NCBI GenBank assembly: GCA_002633005.1
Contig: NMRA01000209.1
Location: 380,569 to 444,568, forward strand
Length of the DNA: 64,000 nucleotides
Direction of reading: 5' to 3'
Origin: Phoronis australis
Taxonomy: Eukaryota > Animalia > Phoronida
Shown here: piece after piece, positions 40,301-54,063 of the stretch
How positions within the stretch are numbered: the stretch's first letter is position 1
Layout of the letters: each line of letters opens with the position of its first letter
Notes under the pieces: model-generated
Database searches by the model: none
Seen by the model: the letters and a program-made list of their open reading frames with translations, nothing else
Told to the model about the DNA's origin: nothing
Program-made: the position numbers and the translations under genes

Positions 40301-43119
40301 CAATTTAGACAATTTTCAAACTAAGACCTAAGTTCTACCACGTTTTTTTCAGTAAATGATCGTTCTTCGGTATGATAACATATTTTATTGAATTTGTCTT
40401 TGGATTATTGAAACTTTTCGCAAGAGTAATGTAAGATCGAATACTATACTGAATAGCGTATACTTTAAAACCTTTTCTTAAGTGAATCCGGCCAACCACG
40501 TCTGGTTAGCAAGAGTGATCTAAGACGTACATGTACATGTAGTAAATGTAAGAAATTTAGTCTTAAACTCCACGTTACTATTCCTGAAAAATAATTAAGT
40601 TGCACTTGAGCAAAATGTCAAATATCTGAAAATATACACAAAACAGATAGTTATTGAGATAATTTCTATAAATCATTTCCAGTAAGTGATGCGCCTATCA
40701 TTACTTGGCTAAACCTATATACACCATGCACGTGTGAAGTGGGGGCGTTATGCCTCAATTCTCGCTTAAGTCTCGAGTTACTTTTCATGAAACAGACACA
40801 ATGGCTCATTGACTGCGCTATGTTTAATCGCCTACGTCGTTTGTGTACATGACGCTGTTTAGCGAAGTCTCGCGTTTTTGCGGGGTTCTGGCGTCTACAA
40901 AAGAGACGCACCGAAGTCTTTTTGCTAAGTTCACGGGTGATAAAACCATATACACGGCCTGTATTCGTTGTTTAACTTGAGTGCCGTAATGCAATACTGT
41001 CGTCCAATATCCAACTATCAGTTTTATTCATATCATATTAGAAACCCCTCCGCTTTAAGGGGGAATAGGATTTTTGGGTCGAGATTAATAACTGTCTTGA
41101 TATGAGAAAAGTTTAGTCAAAATCTCATTGGAAATACACAACAAAATCAAGCAAAATTTCACTTTTCATCAATCTGAACAATTGTTAGTTAGGATTCTAC
41201 AGTCACTGCAGAACATAACGAAAATGCTTTGGCCGCGCTATTTGACGAGGTTTGGTGGTAATTTAGAAAACTGCATGTGAAAATCCTTTTGACTTCGAAG
41301 TGGCTTTCGTGCAGTGTTATAGAGTTTGGTTAAGGAGACAACGTGGTTATTTTCCATTCTCTATTGAAATTTTGCTACAACGTTTGTGTTGTTTCAGACT
41401 GTAACTCAACGGGATTTTGCTTGGTGTATAGCGCATTTAGTTCTCTCGACTGTCTTCGATCAATTCAATAAATATTTAAGCTGTTTTCGATGCAAAACAG
41501 TGCTGTTTCTGCTTTGGTTTTATTTTTTGTCGGTTGACTGTGATTGGTGAAGAATCTGCTTTGACACCACTTCAACTCCCGCGTTGCAGTTAACATAATT
41601 GACCCAGTAGGGACATGCAGCTGAGGAGGGGAGGGGTGCATTTTTCAAACTTCTGATTTGGGTGTCATTTCAGATTAAAGTGACATGGAGATCACGATTT
41701 TGGGTTCAGTCTGATAATGCAATGCACGGTATGAGCACTGACGTTATTTTATAACGTCTACAAATCCATCTAGCAAAAAGTAACCACTTTTTCAGATCAG
41801 AAGAAGCATTTTAAGACTTTGAGTAATATGTATCAATATGGTTCACAATTCTAGCTCTTGCTTTCAGTAAACAAGGGTCGAGCTCTTTTCTGTTTGGCCA
41901 GCTACATGTGTAAAAATCGCTACATATTGGGCATGCCAGCTACAACAACATTGCTCTAAAAGATGGCTGCATCGGTGTCTCACGTCATTTTTCTGAACTC
42001 TAACGATAACTGCTGAACTTTGCTTAACCACTTGTATTATATGCATTCATAAGATCACCATTGTTACTAACACCATAAATTACTTGTTTTTGTCTATTTT
42101 GTTTAAAGTCACGTTTCGCCCATTTTATATGGTTAAAAACGGAAATGGAATTAGGCTTCGTACTGTACACCCATAATGCACTCAGTAACGCTAGGACCTT
42201 GATTAAAACAAGACTTCGCGAGATTACGTGAGACATTGCCGTGTATTTTAAATGAGATCACGTGACTTTGACTAGATTTTAGCAAAGTCCTAGCGTAGGT
42301 TCTAGCGTTACTGAACCCACGCCCGGTCACATAGTACTCTTTTCCTATTCTACATGTATTTCCGTTACCAACAAAAACATCAAAATCATCAGCTACTCAA
42401 GACGCCGTTTCAGTATACTGGGGTCTGCGAATTCGAAAATGCCGCTTGTACGCGCATTGCATAGGACATGACTGCAGGTTCGATCGGTAGTCATGATTGA
42501 ATGAGCGTGATCATTTTAATAACTCCGAAACACTTCGCTTAAAATTCATCCAGCGAAAGCAGGTTAGGTGCAACTTTGACATTTTTCTTTCTTTTTCTCA
42601 ACCATTCTTGCCTGAGTATACATTATATGCACCCATGTATTCGTAACATTTTCGTTAAACATTTCAATTTATAAAGTTACTATTTCAGGAATTTAAAATT
42701 GTAGTAACCATTTCGCATACGTGCGGTTTTTGCAGGGAAAACTAGAGAAATGTGTTCATTTGTATTGGTCAATATGTAAATGTGTTAAATACAAATGTAT
42801 GTTTGGCTTACCTCACTTCATTGGATAAATTAAAAGGTTAACTTATGTTTAATTTATTGTGAAGAAATTTTCTTCGGCAAATTGACACGACCGAAAATGT
42901 TGAATTTAATAATAAAGGTTGGTAAGTATAACATATAACGTCAGAAATTTGTCAATCGGTTGACATGTTTCAACTCACTAAAAAAATGTTTCAGTATGAC
43001 ACAATTGAGAAGTTTGTCTTGAACACAGTGAAAGAACACAAAAGTCTGTAAACATCCATTTCAATCAACCATTGCAAAAGCCATATGTTTTAATTGCTAA
43101 ATATCATTTTTGTCTCCAG

Positions 43120-43323
43120 GTTTTCTTCTCATGGCTGCTGCCCTGTTGGCGACATCATTCGTCTCAAACCCCGACTTGATATTTGTGACTTATTCCTTAC
43201 CGTTTGGCATCGGTGCAGGATTGAGTTTTATAGGAAGCTCACTTATCATTGGTGAATATTTTGACGTCAAGCACAAATATCACGTGCTCACTACAAGTCT
43301 CCTTCTCTGTGGATATACTGTAG
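43120..43323 (+). CDS. SLC16/MCT-like transporter, exon 3
   Basis: CTCCAG| GFLLMAAALLATSFVSNPDLIFVTYSLPFGIGAGLSFIGSSLIIGEYFDVKH...GYTV G|GTACGT; typical TYS..FG.G and YF motifs; phases 1/1. Confidence 0.92.
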
Positions 43324-43530
43324 GTACGTAACTCACTTAGGCGGCTTTGTTTCGCAATTATGATTTACTCTGGCGAGAAAACGAAAAAAACCTTTACTAG
43401 TTCTCAAAAAATCGCTGTTATATCATTCGCTAAAGTGAAGGATTGCAACAAGAACGTTGAAACAATCTGCCATTCAAGAAAAAGAGGGTTAGCCAACACT
43501 GAAATTGTGAAATTGAAAATGTAGCAGTTA

Positions 43531-43668
43531 CATTGGCGGCGCCGCACTGAAAAAAGTGGGGGACTATAGCCCCCAGCCCCCTGTCGTGCACCACCCACAG
43601 GCCATGGACGGGGTAGCACTGAAACCATAGGGCTGTAGCCCCCTAGCTACTTATGGTGCGCCGCCCAT
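43531..43668. mobile_element. Short GC-rich MITE
   Basis: CATTGGCGGCGC ... GCGCCGCCCAT, with internal GGG(A/G)CT(A/G)TAGCCCC palindromes. Confidence 0.55.
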
Positions 43669-44159
43669 AATTAATGCATTGTCCGTGACTTGAGTTGCCG
43701 ACTCATTTGGCGACAATATAATATCGGATGAGCACGGTAATCTATTTAAAACCCCGTGAGCTTCAGTTCAGAATGGAACAATGACAGCTAAACAGTTATG
43801 ACCCTGTAAAATCTAAGCTTTATGCCATAACAAGTATTTCGATTGCCTGGAGGTCTGATGTTGCACCAACATGCCAGACATACGGACATTTAGTCCAGGT
43901 AAACGTTTAAGTTCCATTATTTTGTGTTTTCAGTTTCGGTATTAAGTGAAGGACCAATGAAAAGCGACTGTTAGAAATTTAGAAAAGCGCTCCACATAAC
44001 TATTTTCGGTTAATAATCAAAATTCACTGGAGGAAACGTGAAAAACCTCTGAGAATATACAGTTTTTGCTACAGGGTTATTTTCTTGAAATCATTTCGAT
44101 ACTGTTGCTGTCCTAATTATCTGTCTAAACTCGTTCCAACAATTGTGACATGACAGCAT

Positions 44160-44666
44160 TTTCCCGTTCAGTGACTTAACCAGACGCAAGGGGTTCTGAG
44201 CGTGTGATAACATCTAGCTTTGTTAACTGCCAAGCACAGTCGTTGGTCTGTTTTGACAACAGGCACGCCAATAATCTACCAGGCTTATTAGAGACCACAT
44301 GTGAACACCGTCAAACCCAGAATGAATTGGTACATTCGGAAATAATAGATTATCGTAACTTCGGTTGCAGTTGGGCGATTTTGACGATTCAAAAACTAAA
44401 CATGATCACCATTTGACGAGGATTTCAGATATTCTATTGGCTTATGTCCAAATATCTTATAACTTAACTTTTATTTTAACAGCACAGCTTAGTCAGGCTA
44501 GATACGATCTTACCGAAAATTAAAGCAATTATCGAACAAAAGAGAGCTGGTCCTACAACCCTGAATAACAGAATGGAGTTAATCAGTCGTGTAAGATTTT
44601 GGCTACAGGGGTAAACTTCCCAACTTGTTGTTGAGGTATAGAATCGAACAAGTTAGGAGCAACGGG
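44160..44666 (+). repeat. Dispersed repeat family, copy C
   Basis: Collinear with copy A (22905-23430). Confidence 0.85.
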
Positions 44667-45022
44667 AAAACGCCGTAATGAAGTGTGAACATAAAAGACC
44701 AAGTTTGTGACTTTTACGTCTTAAGAGACTTATGAAACCGGCTCCAGCTTGAAAATCTTTGCCTTATGAATATAACTTATAACAAGAAGAACAGGCGTGG
44801 GCATTTGTACATTTTTCATTTGAGTTGATCTCAAAAATTTCGCGGTATTGCTTAAGGAGTGGGTGTGACTTTTGAAGTTATAAACCTACAGGTACATGTA
44901 GAGGTAGTGATTCATAATCCACAATTACCTATAGTGTTGTTTACTCTTTACAACGAGATGCATACGTTTGGTGTTTCGCCATTGGGAATCTAATATTTAC
45001 ATGTAAACTTCCTCTATTTTAG

Positions 45023-45318
45023 GTAGTCTATTATTTAATCCAGTGGCCGCAGCCTTGTTGGAAATTTCGAATTGGCGCAATACCCTTCGTGTTGATGCCG
45101 CGTTATTCGCATCCGCTGGTATTCCGCTGAGTGCACTTCTCGTGTCTAAAAGAACTTTAGAGGGCGGCACCATCGAATACAAAGACAAGCAATTTACCTG
45201 CCGGAAAGAAATGTGCTCAAACTTGAACCAAAATCTCAACCAAAAACCGGAAACATTGATGTGGATTGTGGGAAATTTCGTGAACTCACTTTGTTATATG
45301 ATGCCATTTTTAAATTTG
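45023..45318 (+). CDS. SLC16/MCT-like transporter, exon 4
   Basis: TTTTAG| GSLLFNPVAAALLEISNWRNTLRV...SLCYMMPFLNL |GTGAGT; GWR-like and Y..P motifs; phases 1/0. Confidence 0.9.
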
Positions 45319-47054
45319 GTGAGTTTTAATTGAAAGTGTTCGTACGTTTGAAAAGTTAAAACACAAATATTCTCGGCAAACTAGAATGAAGACGTATACC
45401 GAGAAATATGTGAAATTGACACACTATACCTGTACATGTACAGTAGAAGCCAAAAGATTTCAGACAAAATGACCCGGAAGTCCAAGTCATGACGGCTGGC
45501 ACGACGCCGAATTCAACGTTCGAGTAAGTCTTTTCTCACGACCGAGAAGGGATGGAAATTATTGGAAAAATTAGTAAGGTGGCAAATCCTTTTTCAACCA
45601 TTACTAGTCATTCTTGCTGTAAACATAAATGGCGTTAATGACGTAATGGTATTTTTCTCCCATACGTCAAAGCTCGTCTCCTTCTTTGGTATGACAAAGC
45701 ATAGATGATGAGCAGATGAGTACGAAGCCCCCGGACAGCTTCACAAGATCGGACGACCTCGCATTCTGTCCTCGCTCTATTTGGTGTAGACATGGTACGG
45801 TCAGCAGATTTGAGGGGGGCAACGGGCCATGAACCCCCCTTATATTCTCCTACATTACGATTGGCAGTTCGGTTGTGCGATCATCAGACGGCAAACCCTG
45901 GCTAGTATTCTGCCCTGGCCTCCACTAACTCAAAATCATGAATTCGCAACTGGGAAACGGGTGGAAGGTGACGGTATTCCTGTGAATCTTTCGTAGACGA
46001 GACGCTGGCTTGATAGCAACAGCGGTCATGCTTGCCCTTGGTTGTTTATACACTGCCCCGCCGGGATAGTTTGACTCACATAAAGCATGCCATAAATTCT
46101 CGTAAGAATATTACGTCTTCACTACGACAAACATGATGGCAATTATCTCGTCCTTTTCGTTTTGTGACATAATTAAAGACTTAATGTATGAAGTGGTATG
46201 GGCGCTTTCAGAGCGAGTCTGCTGACCGAGGTTTTGGACTGGCATATTTTATTTATACTAAAATGTATGTTGAATCGTTTCAGGCCATATACATATAAAC
46301 AACAACTGAATACAATTCACAGTTCCGCATGCCGGAAGTATTACGCAACGAACAATTCCTGCCTTCATCCGGTCCGATCAGTAAACTGGTTTGCGTTCTG
46401 TAGTCCCAACAAACTTGCAATTGCGGTAAAAACCGTCCGTCGCTTATAGAACGGGAGCAACAACTCCCTTTTCACAATTCAACTCCACAGCCTCCCTAGA
46501 CCGATCACTTCAGTGGCCGACCATGTTACTAGGACAGTCAACAACATTCAGGCGTACACTCGCGAAACTTTCGCTTTTAACTCTTCCGACTTTCCAAGAT
46601 TTTGTCTTTCTCGCAAAAAAATTAGTCCATGAATTGTTCTCATCTCTTACTTCCGCCGATAACTGTTCTCACTGGCCGAGGCAAACGCCGATTTTCCTAA
46701 TCCCAGAATCGATATGCAAGACCGTGTCATTTCACTGACGACGATTTTAGAAACAAGTAGCAAAACAAATACAACTGCGTTTCAGTCAAAGAGGAGCACA
46801 CTTTTCGCATTGCACAATTGCTCGTACATACGTTTCAGGTTTGAGCAACTGTTATTCACTATTATAGCTGTCGACTAAAACTGTTCAAAATATATCCAGA
46901 GTGAGTAACATCTCCCAAATTAACCCTTGACGCCTTCAATGGGTCCCGTGTAACATTCGTCTTAAAGAAAACTTTGTAGGACAAGTTCTTTTATTGTACA
47001 GCACTCAAGTTGAGTGTAATGTCACGTTAAAGTATTCTTTTTTGTAAATTTCAG

Positions 47055-47283
47055 GCTTCGTATATGCAGAATAAAGGGGTCGTAGGACCAAATTCCTCTG
47101 TTGCTATCATACTACTGAGCTTGTTCGAGGCGGTAGGGTATATCCTGGCTTCTCTCGTAGGAGACAAGATAAAAGGTCGTCTCATTTATGTTAACGTAAT
47201 CGCCTCGTTCGGTCTGACAATTATCTGCGCAGCCTGGCCATTTGTGGATGGGTCTTACTTTTCCATATTGGTTGTTTCGATGG
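47055..47283 (+). CDS. SLC16/MCT-like transporter, exon 5
   Basis: TTTCAG| ASYMQNKGVVG...LFEAVGYILASLVGDKIK...LVVSM G|GTAAG; phases 0/1. Confidence 0.9.
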
Positions 47284-49449
47284 GTAAGTTCAGCATCACG
47301 GAATCAAAAGATCCTCAGTATGGAAACGGAATAATTATTGAGTTTAGAATGTTTCCTTGACTTTAATTCCTTAAAGGAGTTTGTTTGACGAAATTTAGTT
47401 ATGATTAAGTTCCACTTTTCCATGTTATCCCCTAATATATAATTGTAAAATAATGTTCTGTAACATTTGTCAGCCCCCAAAGGCTTGGAGCATGTAAAAA
47501 CTCTTGTCTGCTAAACCGGTAACTGCAACGCTTTCTATGAGTAATACAACCGCTATAAAACACCTCACGTTAAAGACCAGAAGATCTATTTACATGTAAT
47601 ATGACACAGCAAGTAAGTAATTTCAGTAAAATTCCTCCTTTATCGTTCACCATGTAAGACGCTAATATAACAGAAAAGAACAAAACGAAGACTGCTTGAA
47701 ATTACTGAATAGGGTTTAGTATCGCTTAAAGTAAATAAGTTTCAAAATTCGCTTATACAAAATGGTGCCCCTTACCTTACCCGTTTACGCAAACATGTAC
47801 ATGTACAAACACTTCTTGAGGGAATTAGGCGTAGTCCAAGGGCGTGAACCGGTGCTGTTTGTTTTAAGGAAACCGTTCTCGTAGTTCCATGAAAGCCCTT
47901 ACAAGTCACGGATTACGTCCTAACGTGAAGGACTGGTCCTTGCCTAAGTGCCCTTGTGATTTCTTGTGAACTAGGCGCCTGACGTGTTCTAATATTTCTT
48001 AAAAGTCCCAAAATGAGCACCGTCACAAGAGGCATATCAAAGTTTTGAAACCCACACGCGCAGTTCCTTATCGATGCTCGACACGCCCTGGTCAATGTGT
48101 GTTGCCATCCAATCCCTGTTCTTTGACGATTCTGGATTGTTTGAGTGGTACCTAAAAGTGCAGAAGATTCCTCGGTTACTGAATTCAAATGCATCTCTGA
48201 TGCAGAGAGCTGCCATCTAATAAAAATGAATCTAAACCCAACTAGTGGATTTTCTTATTCATATGATTACAAGCCCGAACAAACCAGATGTTTTAAACTA
48301 CTTGCGACGGATATATAAAACTGTCGTCATACCTGGCCTAACTCAAGCGTTTTCATAAACTTTCTAGGGAGTGCGAATTGGCCGCAGCTACAGTCAAATG
48401 TACAATGCTACCTTAAATCAAGCCACACTCTTCAAATGTTAGTAGCTCTTTTTCCTCTGCTCTTCAGTTTTGAAGTATTCGGACCTACCCTACCATCTTT
48501 TACAGGACAGGCTACTAACTCTTTTCAGTCTTTACTAAAAACTAATGTGAAATACAAAAGAACTGGTGTCAGAACTTGGCAATATTTGAAAATGGAAATT
48601 CCACCTTAAAAATGCTACAAGTGACCACGGAAACCTTATTGCATTTCATATTTTTTTACTCTGATGCTTTCCTTTGCACCGTAAATTGAAACCATTCTCA
48701 AAAAGGTGGCTAAAGGTTGGAAATTTTCACTAAAAAGCATTGCTTCCCTATGCTTTACACTAGATTGTGAAAGCAAAATTATTGTTGGTTCTCAGTATTT
48801 GGTCCAAATGTCGTTCAATCAGATATTTTGACAATTCTGGATTCTTTGATTGGTTGGAGTCACCATTTAAAGAAATGGGGTCTACACTCAAACTAGCGAG
48901 CTTTTCGGATTCACAATATGTTCACATGCACAAGCAAACCAGAACTTACTCGCCATGGATATCATAAAAACCCAAGAACGTAAGTTCAAATTATTTACGG
49001 CTATAAGTCCAACGTGTCTCCTATCCTAGCAGACTGAGGGCCGCCGTGGGAACTGATGAGTTATGTGAGATCGATTTTTGCTTGATGTGTTCCAAACTTG
49101 TTAGAGATCTGCCATAGTATATTTTTGTGTTTAGCTGTATGTCTCAGGAAACTGTTCACTTTGGCTTTGAGTAAAATTTGCTTTAACTCGTGTCCTTTTT
49201 CAAGTTATACAGTCGATCACATTTCTGGAGTCTACAAAACCCACCTAACTTTCGTTGAATTAACACCAGTGGCCGTTTGTTATAAATCATATGGGTAAAA
49301 CTAAAACTTGCTATCATTGGGAAGGGTGTTTATTGAATGGGAAACCATGAAAGAACATTCGGTCGCGCAAAAACATGATTTCATATTCTGAAGCGCGTCG
49401 GCGACGGTGGTGGTGCTTTGCATAATTATAACGATGATTTTATTTGCAG

Positions 49450-49590
49450 CGTATGGAACTTGCCTTGGGCTTTCCATCGTATACTCGTACGCCGGATCTG
49501 CTGAAATAACCCAGCTGCCGCTAGATGTCGCGTGGAGCTACACCAGCATGAGTATGGGCTTCGCGATGCTGCTGGGACCTTTCCTGTCGG
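49450..49590 (+). CDS. SLC16/MCT-like transporter, exon 6
   Basis: TTGCAG| AYGTCLGLSIV...AWSYTSMSMGFAMLLGPFLS G|GTGAGG; LGPP..G-like motif; phases 1/1. Confidence 0.9.
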
Positions 49591-51911
49591 GTGAGGTGAA
49601 ATTAAGTTGTGCGAGATGCTACGCACGTAACGGTGTCTTGGGCCTCTGTGTTGCTTTGGTATATTTGGTATGATGCATACCTTTGTCGTCTGAGCACAAT
49701 CTATCGTCGTGCATTGTATAAAGCTGCAAGGCCAGGCACACGTATGATCGGGTGGGATGCAAATTTTATCAAAAAAATATGTTGCCGTTACTTTGAAACC
49801 AATGCGTCGTAAAACAGCCTACCGTTAAGATCTAAACGCATAGGCAACACGTTGCCCCGCGGCTACAACACTCCCCATAGGCTTCTGTGTTAATTTCATT
49901 ACCGTGTATTTTAAAAGGCCGTAAGCCAAAACCGCTCACCGAATAAGAGGTTTTCAGGTCGTCGAAAATACAAATTACACTTTTTTGTCACTTAAAAAAG
50001 TGCTTATTTGTTTTAGCGACCAATTCTATTTTATTCATATCCTCAGTGAAGCATGTCCAAGAGATTTAAGATTATTTTTTGGGAATATTTCGAATTCCAC
50101 TTCTGTCTTCGCAGTTAACTTCTTCAATGCGCTTCATATAAGCCTAAAGTATTTCAATTGAAGTCGAACGTGAGTTGGGCCGAAACAAACGCTAGAGTTA
50201 ACGGAACGCGTTACCTGGTGTCTGATATTTGCAGGAAGTGACTTTTTGTTCGTGAACTGGTGTGATTTGGCCTAACTTCGTCATAATGGCACCCTTCAAG
50301 GGAAGATACAGTGAACATCGAGTGATTTTCATGAACATGTTCGAATTACAATATTTACTTTCCCGTGCATGTAAAAATCAGGGCGGCCCGCAACGCTCCT
50401 TGCTGGCCCCGCTAATCGTAATCGTGTCCAAAATTTGACCGCCAGACATCAAGACATTATCCTGACAGGAAAACTTTACCGCTACGCAAAAATTGCATGT
50501 AAAATGAATACGCATTTACACAAGTTACATTTCTACTGTCGATGTTTGTTGATCGAACGGGAAAAATGATTTGAAATCGGATTTTAAAGTTTCTCCTTGA
50601 TAAACATAACCTCCAATCCTTGCTTTCACTTAGTGGCCTGGCTAACATTCGGTACTACATGTACCTGGCTATCTGACATACATGTAGCAATTGAATACAA
50701 TCGGGAACCAGGCAACTACTTTGACATTAGTTTTGTAAAATGGTGAAACGACAGTGAACGCTGATGGCGGAATGAATAGAGAAACTGTGAATTTTATTCA
50801 TTTTACTTTGTTTACTTTTAGGAAACAGGTCGTAAAACAACGTGAATCATTGGCACGAACTAGCCAATAGCTTAACGAACAACAAACCAGCCTAGTTATT
50901 TCGTCTGCTATGGTTTCCCGGCTAACGCCGATCCATCTGATTTACATTAAGCAAGAATATAATAAACGATATTAACTCATGTTTCATTATACAAGTTAGT
51001 TCATTGAAGGTCGTTCAAATATTTTTTTTCTTTCCTGTATGTTCGTGCTGCAGCAGGATAATTCAATTTTAACGAGTGCGTAGTCTGAAGCCTTGTTCTG
51101 GCGGCGTGTCCATGTCCTAAAGCAACTTTAATCAGTGATTGAAACATCATATATAGTATGACACAAAACTCTTAGTACACTGAGACCAAATAATGACACT
51201 TCATTGCAGCGCTGGGCTCCGCATCTGCTGCAACTACATGTATTCACCAGCACGCTCCTTTCGAAGCCAGGGGACACACTGGCATTGTGTTGACTAAATT
51301 GTCCCCAGAGTAATGGTATTGCGTTAACCATAACTCATTGCGTATATATGGCTGTTTCATTCGATGTGATTCTTTGTATTTTCAAATGAGTAACTTTTTA
51401 CGGCGATATACGAATACTTGTATATGCATTTGGTAAACATGTAAGCAGCGATGTAATTGCCTACTAAACGCATGTCTGGGCTCGAGGTGAGGGACTTTCT
51501 CGAAGTGTATTATTTATTTGTTCTGCCGCGGCACTACGAAGTAGAGCAAGGTCCACTTGGAATGCTTGCCCACTTGGTATGAGATAATCGCTTTCACTGC
51601 CCAGCACGTACATGTACTGTAGCTGATGAGGTCGCCATAACCTTTCCATTACACTATGACTGCATACTTTGTAAGGAGGCGGCAATGTCTTATATCATCA
51701 AACATTACACACCAACAAAAACATCATATTTTTGTTCATCAAATGATGTTTTTGTTGGTATCGGAAATAGTATCATGGGGGAATGTGGTGATACTGAAAT
51801 GCATCTTTAACTCAGTCCACCTATCCACTCGACTGCCTGCGAACTCGTCAATATTACTACCTGAATCCCAGATGGCCGTTCTCTTTCTCATTTAAGTTAT
51901 TTACATTTCAG

Positions 51912-52114
51912 GTTTGGTGTATGACATGGAAAATAGCTTTGACAACGTTTTTTACGTCACTTCGGCTGCTTACGGAATCTCGCTCGTCATTTTCATTGCC
52001 ATTGCTATAATCAGAGAAAAGTGGCGACTATATAAAAATGACTACCAGGAACTGGACGACAAAGATAGTGCGTTAGTGCCACTCGCAAGCGATCTGACCG
52101 ACGGTCAAAGTTGA
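51912..52114 (+). CDS. SLC16/MCT-like transporter, exon 7 (terminal)
   Basis: TTTCAG| GLVYDMENSFDNVFYVTSAAYG...DGQS*; G..YD...Y...F motif. The summed CDS is 1356 nt = 451 aa plus stop. Confidence 0.9.
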
Positions 52115-52521
52115 ATTTTAAAGTGCTCCCGGAAGTCGCACAGTTGATCACACCTGTCTTATGTACATGTATTCGAAACATTTCAGACAAATTCAAGAGA
52201 CACCAGCAAAGAACATGTAATCTAGCGACGTGTTGAAACATACGGGCACGCCGTCGCACTGTCTGCAGTTGCAAGGCCGGGTAGTTAGCAATTAGAATCC
52301 CATGCCAAATGATGCCGTATGCATTTCCTAATATGTTCTTTAACTTTTCGAGATCCATGCGACAGGAATGCCTGCGTCGCATGGTTATTGCCTATGGGAG
52401 GCTACCATTCTTTTCCTTTGTTGCTTTTTTGTTGGATATAACAATACAGGTCGCACGATATCGTACCTTGGGCGCCAACCATCCGGTTACGGATAAATGC
52501 TTACCATTATCTTTATTATAA

Positions 52522-53763
52522 GTGCCGTTTACACCACCAAAGTTGACACCGATCAGCTGACACTGAACGAGATGTTCTAGGGCAAGTATGTGTGTAAAAA
52601 AGGACTGACGTGGAGCAAATTGACACCGCGGTGACAATTTTTGCCGCCCATTTGTGAGGTAGAGCAATTTGTGCTCAATCATCTTGCTCCGTGACAATTA
52701 TACTCGGGAACCCAATGGTCGTCCGCCTAAGCATAAAACCGACTTGCTGTTGTACTCACCGAATTATTCCACTTCAAAGTTATGATCTGAATAGGATTCG
52801 ATTTAACTCTCACAGATATACCGCATTCATCGATTCGGAAGTTTTCTTTAATTTGTGCCGAGTTATTTCAAATGTGCACTGCCTTCGGCAGCCATTTTAT
52901 TGTGACACCTAAGTTCGTCATATGCTGCCCCCTTTTGTAAAAACTGAGAAACATGCAGAAAAAGGCCAACGAAGTAATGAAAATTGCAACAGCCTGTTTT
53001 TATTGACATAAACTCGATTTGAAGCTTTGATGTTGAGCTCTGCACTGTGGTTTCCAATAAAAGCCAATTGGACAACATTTCAATGCAGTTTAATGGTGAA
53101 CGTGAGGCAAAAATGTTAAGAACCCAGCGTATCGCATTTGTCTGCGGATTTTTCCTTTGGCCTTCTAGATCCTACTAGTGCCTGGGACAAACAGATACAT
53201 TGCATAAACAAACCCTGGATCATGTTTTGTGTCCCGTCGGAAGAAAATTTAAATTCGAAAACATCTTCTGAAAACGCACAAAAAAGTGTATTAGTAAAAT
53301 CTACTGATTTTTAAGTGGTTTTAAAAAACAATCGGTAAACTCACCGATTTTTGTCTCATTACTTTGATACGTGTCTCTTCCGATAAGTTAGTACCTAACG
53401 TGCAGACGAGCACTCCAAATTGGAACGCTAAGTCCCGCGTGGTTGCGCTGCACGCGAAACAAGATGGCGGACGACCTTTGGAGCCTGACGACAATAGGTA
53501 ACCGGACGATATATGTCTAAAGGTGAAACTGGGGCAAGGCGGAAAAGATCATCTCTACTGCGCTTGTGCAATGACCTGCATACGGGTTCTCTGTCTCTGC
53601 AACTCTCGCAAATTTGTAAACCTACGCATGTGCATTCGACTCTCCAGCCTAAAACTTCCGTTTTGCCACAGTAAATGAGTTGTGTGTGTAAACGGTCACT
53701 TGACACTGATCAATTTGCTCCGTGTCAGTTGCACCGGGCCAAAACTTGATGTCTAAACGGCAC
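52522..53763. mobile_element. PIF/Harbinger-like non-autonomous element
   Basis: GTGCCGTTTACAC ... GTCTAAACGGCAC with flanks TAA and TGA; inverted GGAGCAAATTG subterminal motifs. Confidence 0.6.
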
Positions 53764-54063
53764 TGATGTTGCAAAGCAATGAATTATTACATGGGCTTCA
53801 AGCATAGCTTCCAGGGTGTACGTTGTTCCACCTTTGTATTTGATTTTTGGATGAACTTTGTTCCTTTGTTCCTCCAGAAGGGCGCATTTGTGACTTCCCT
53901 CATTTAGGCGGGATGTGCCGTTGGATTTTTGTGGCGCGACGAAAATGCGACGACCGCAAGTCTAGTGGATGCTAACTACACCTTGAATGAAATCCGCTAA
54001 AAGTTTTCTCAAAAATTTCAATTCGTTTTGAAAGTTTCCAATCTCAACACTGGTCGAACTATC

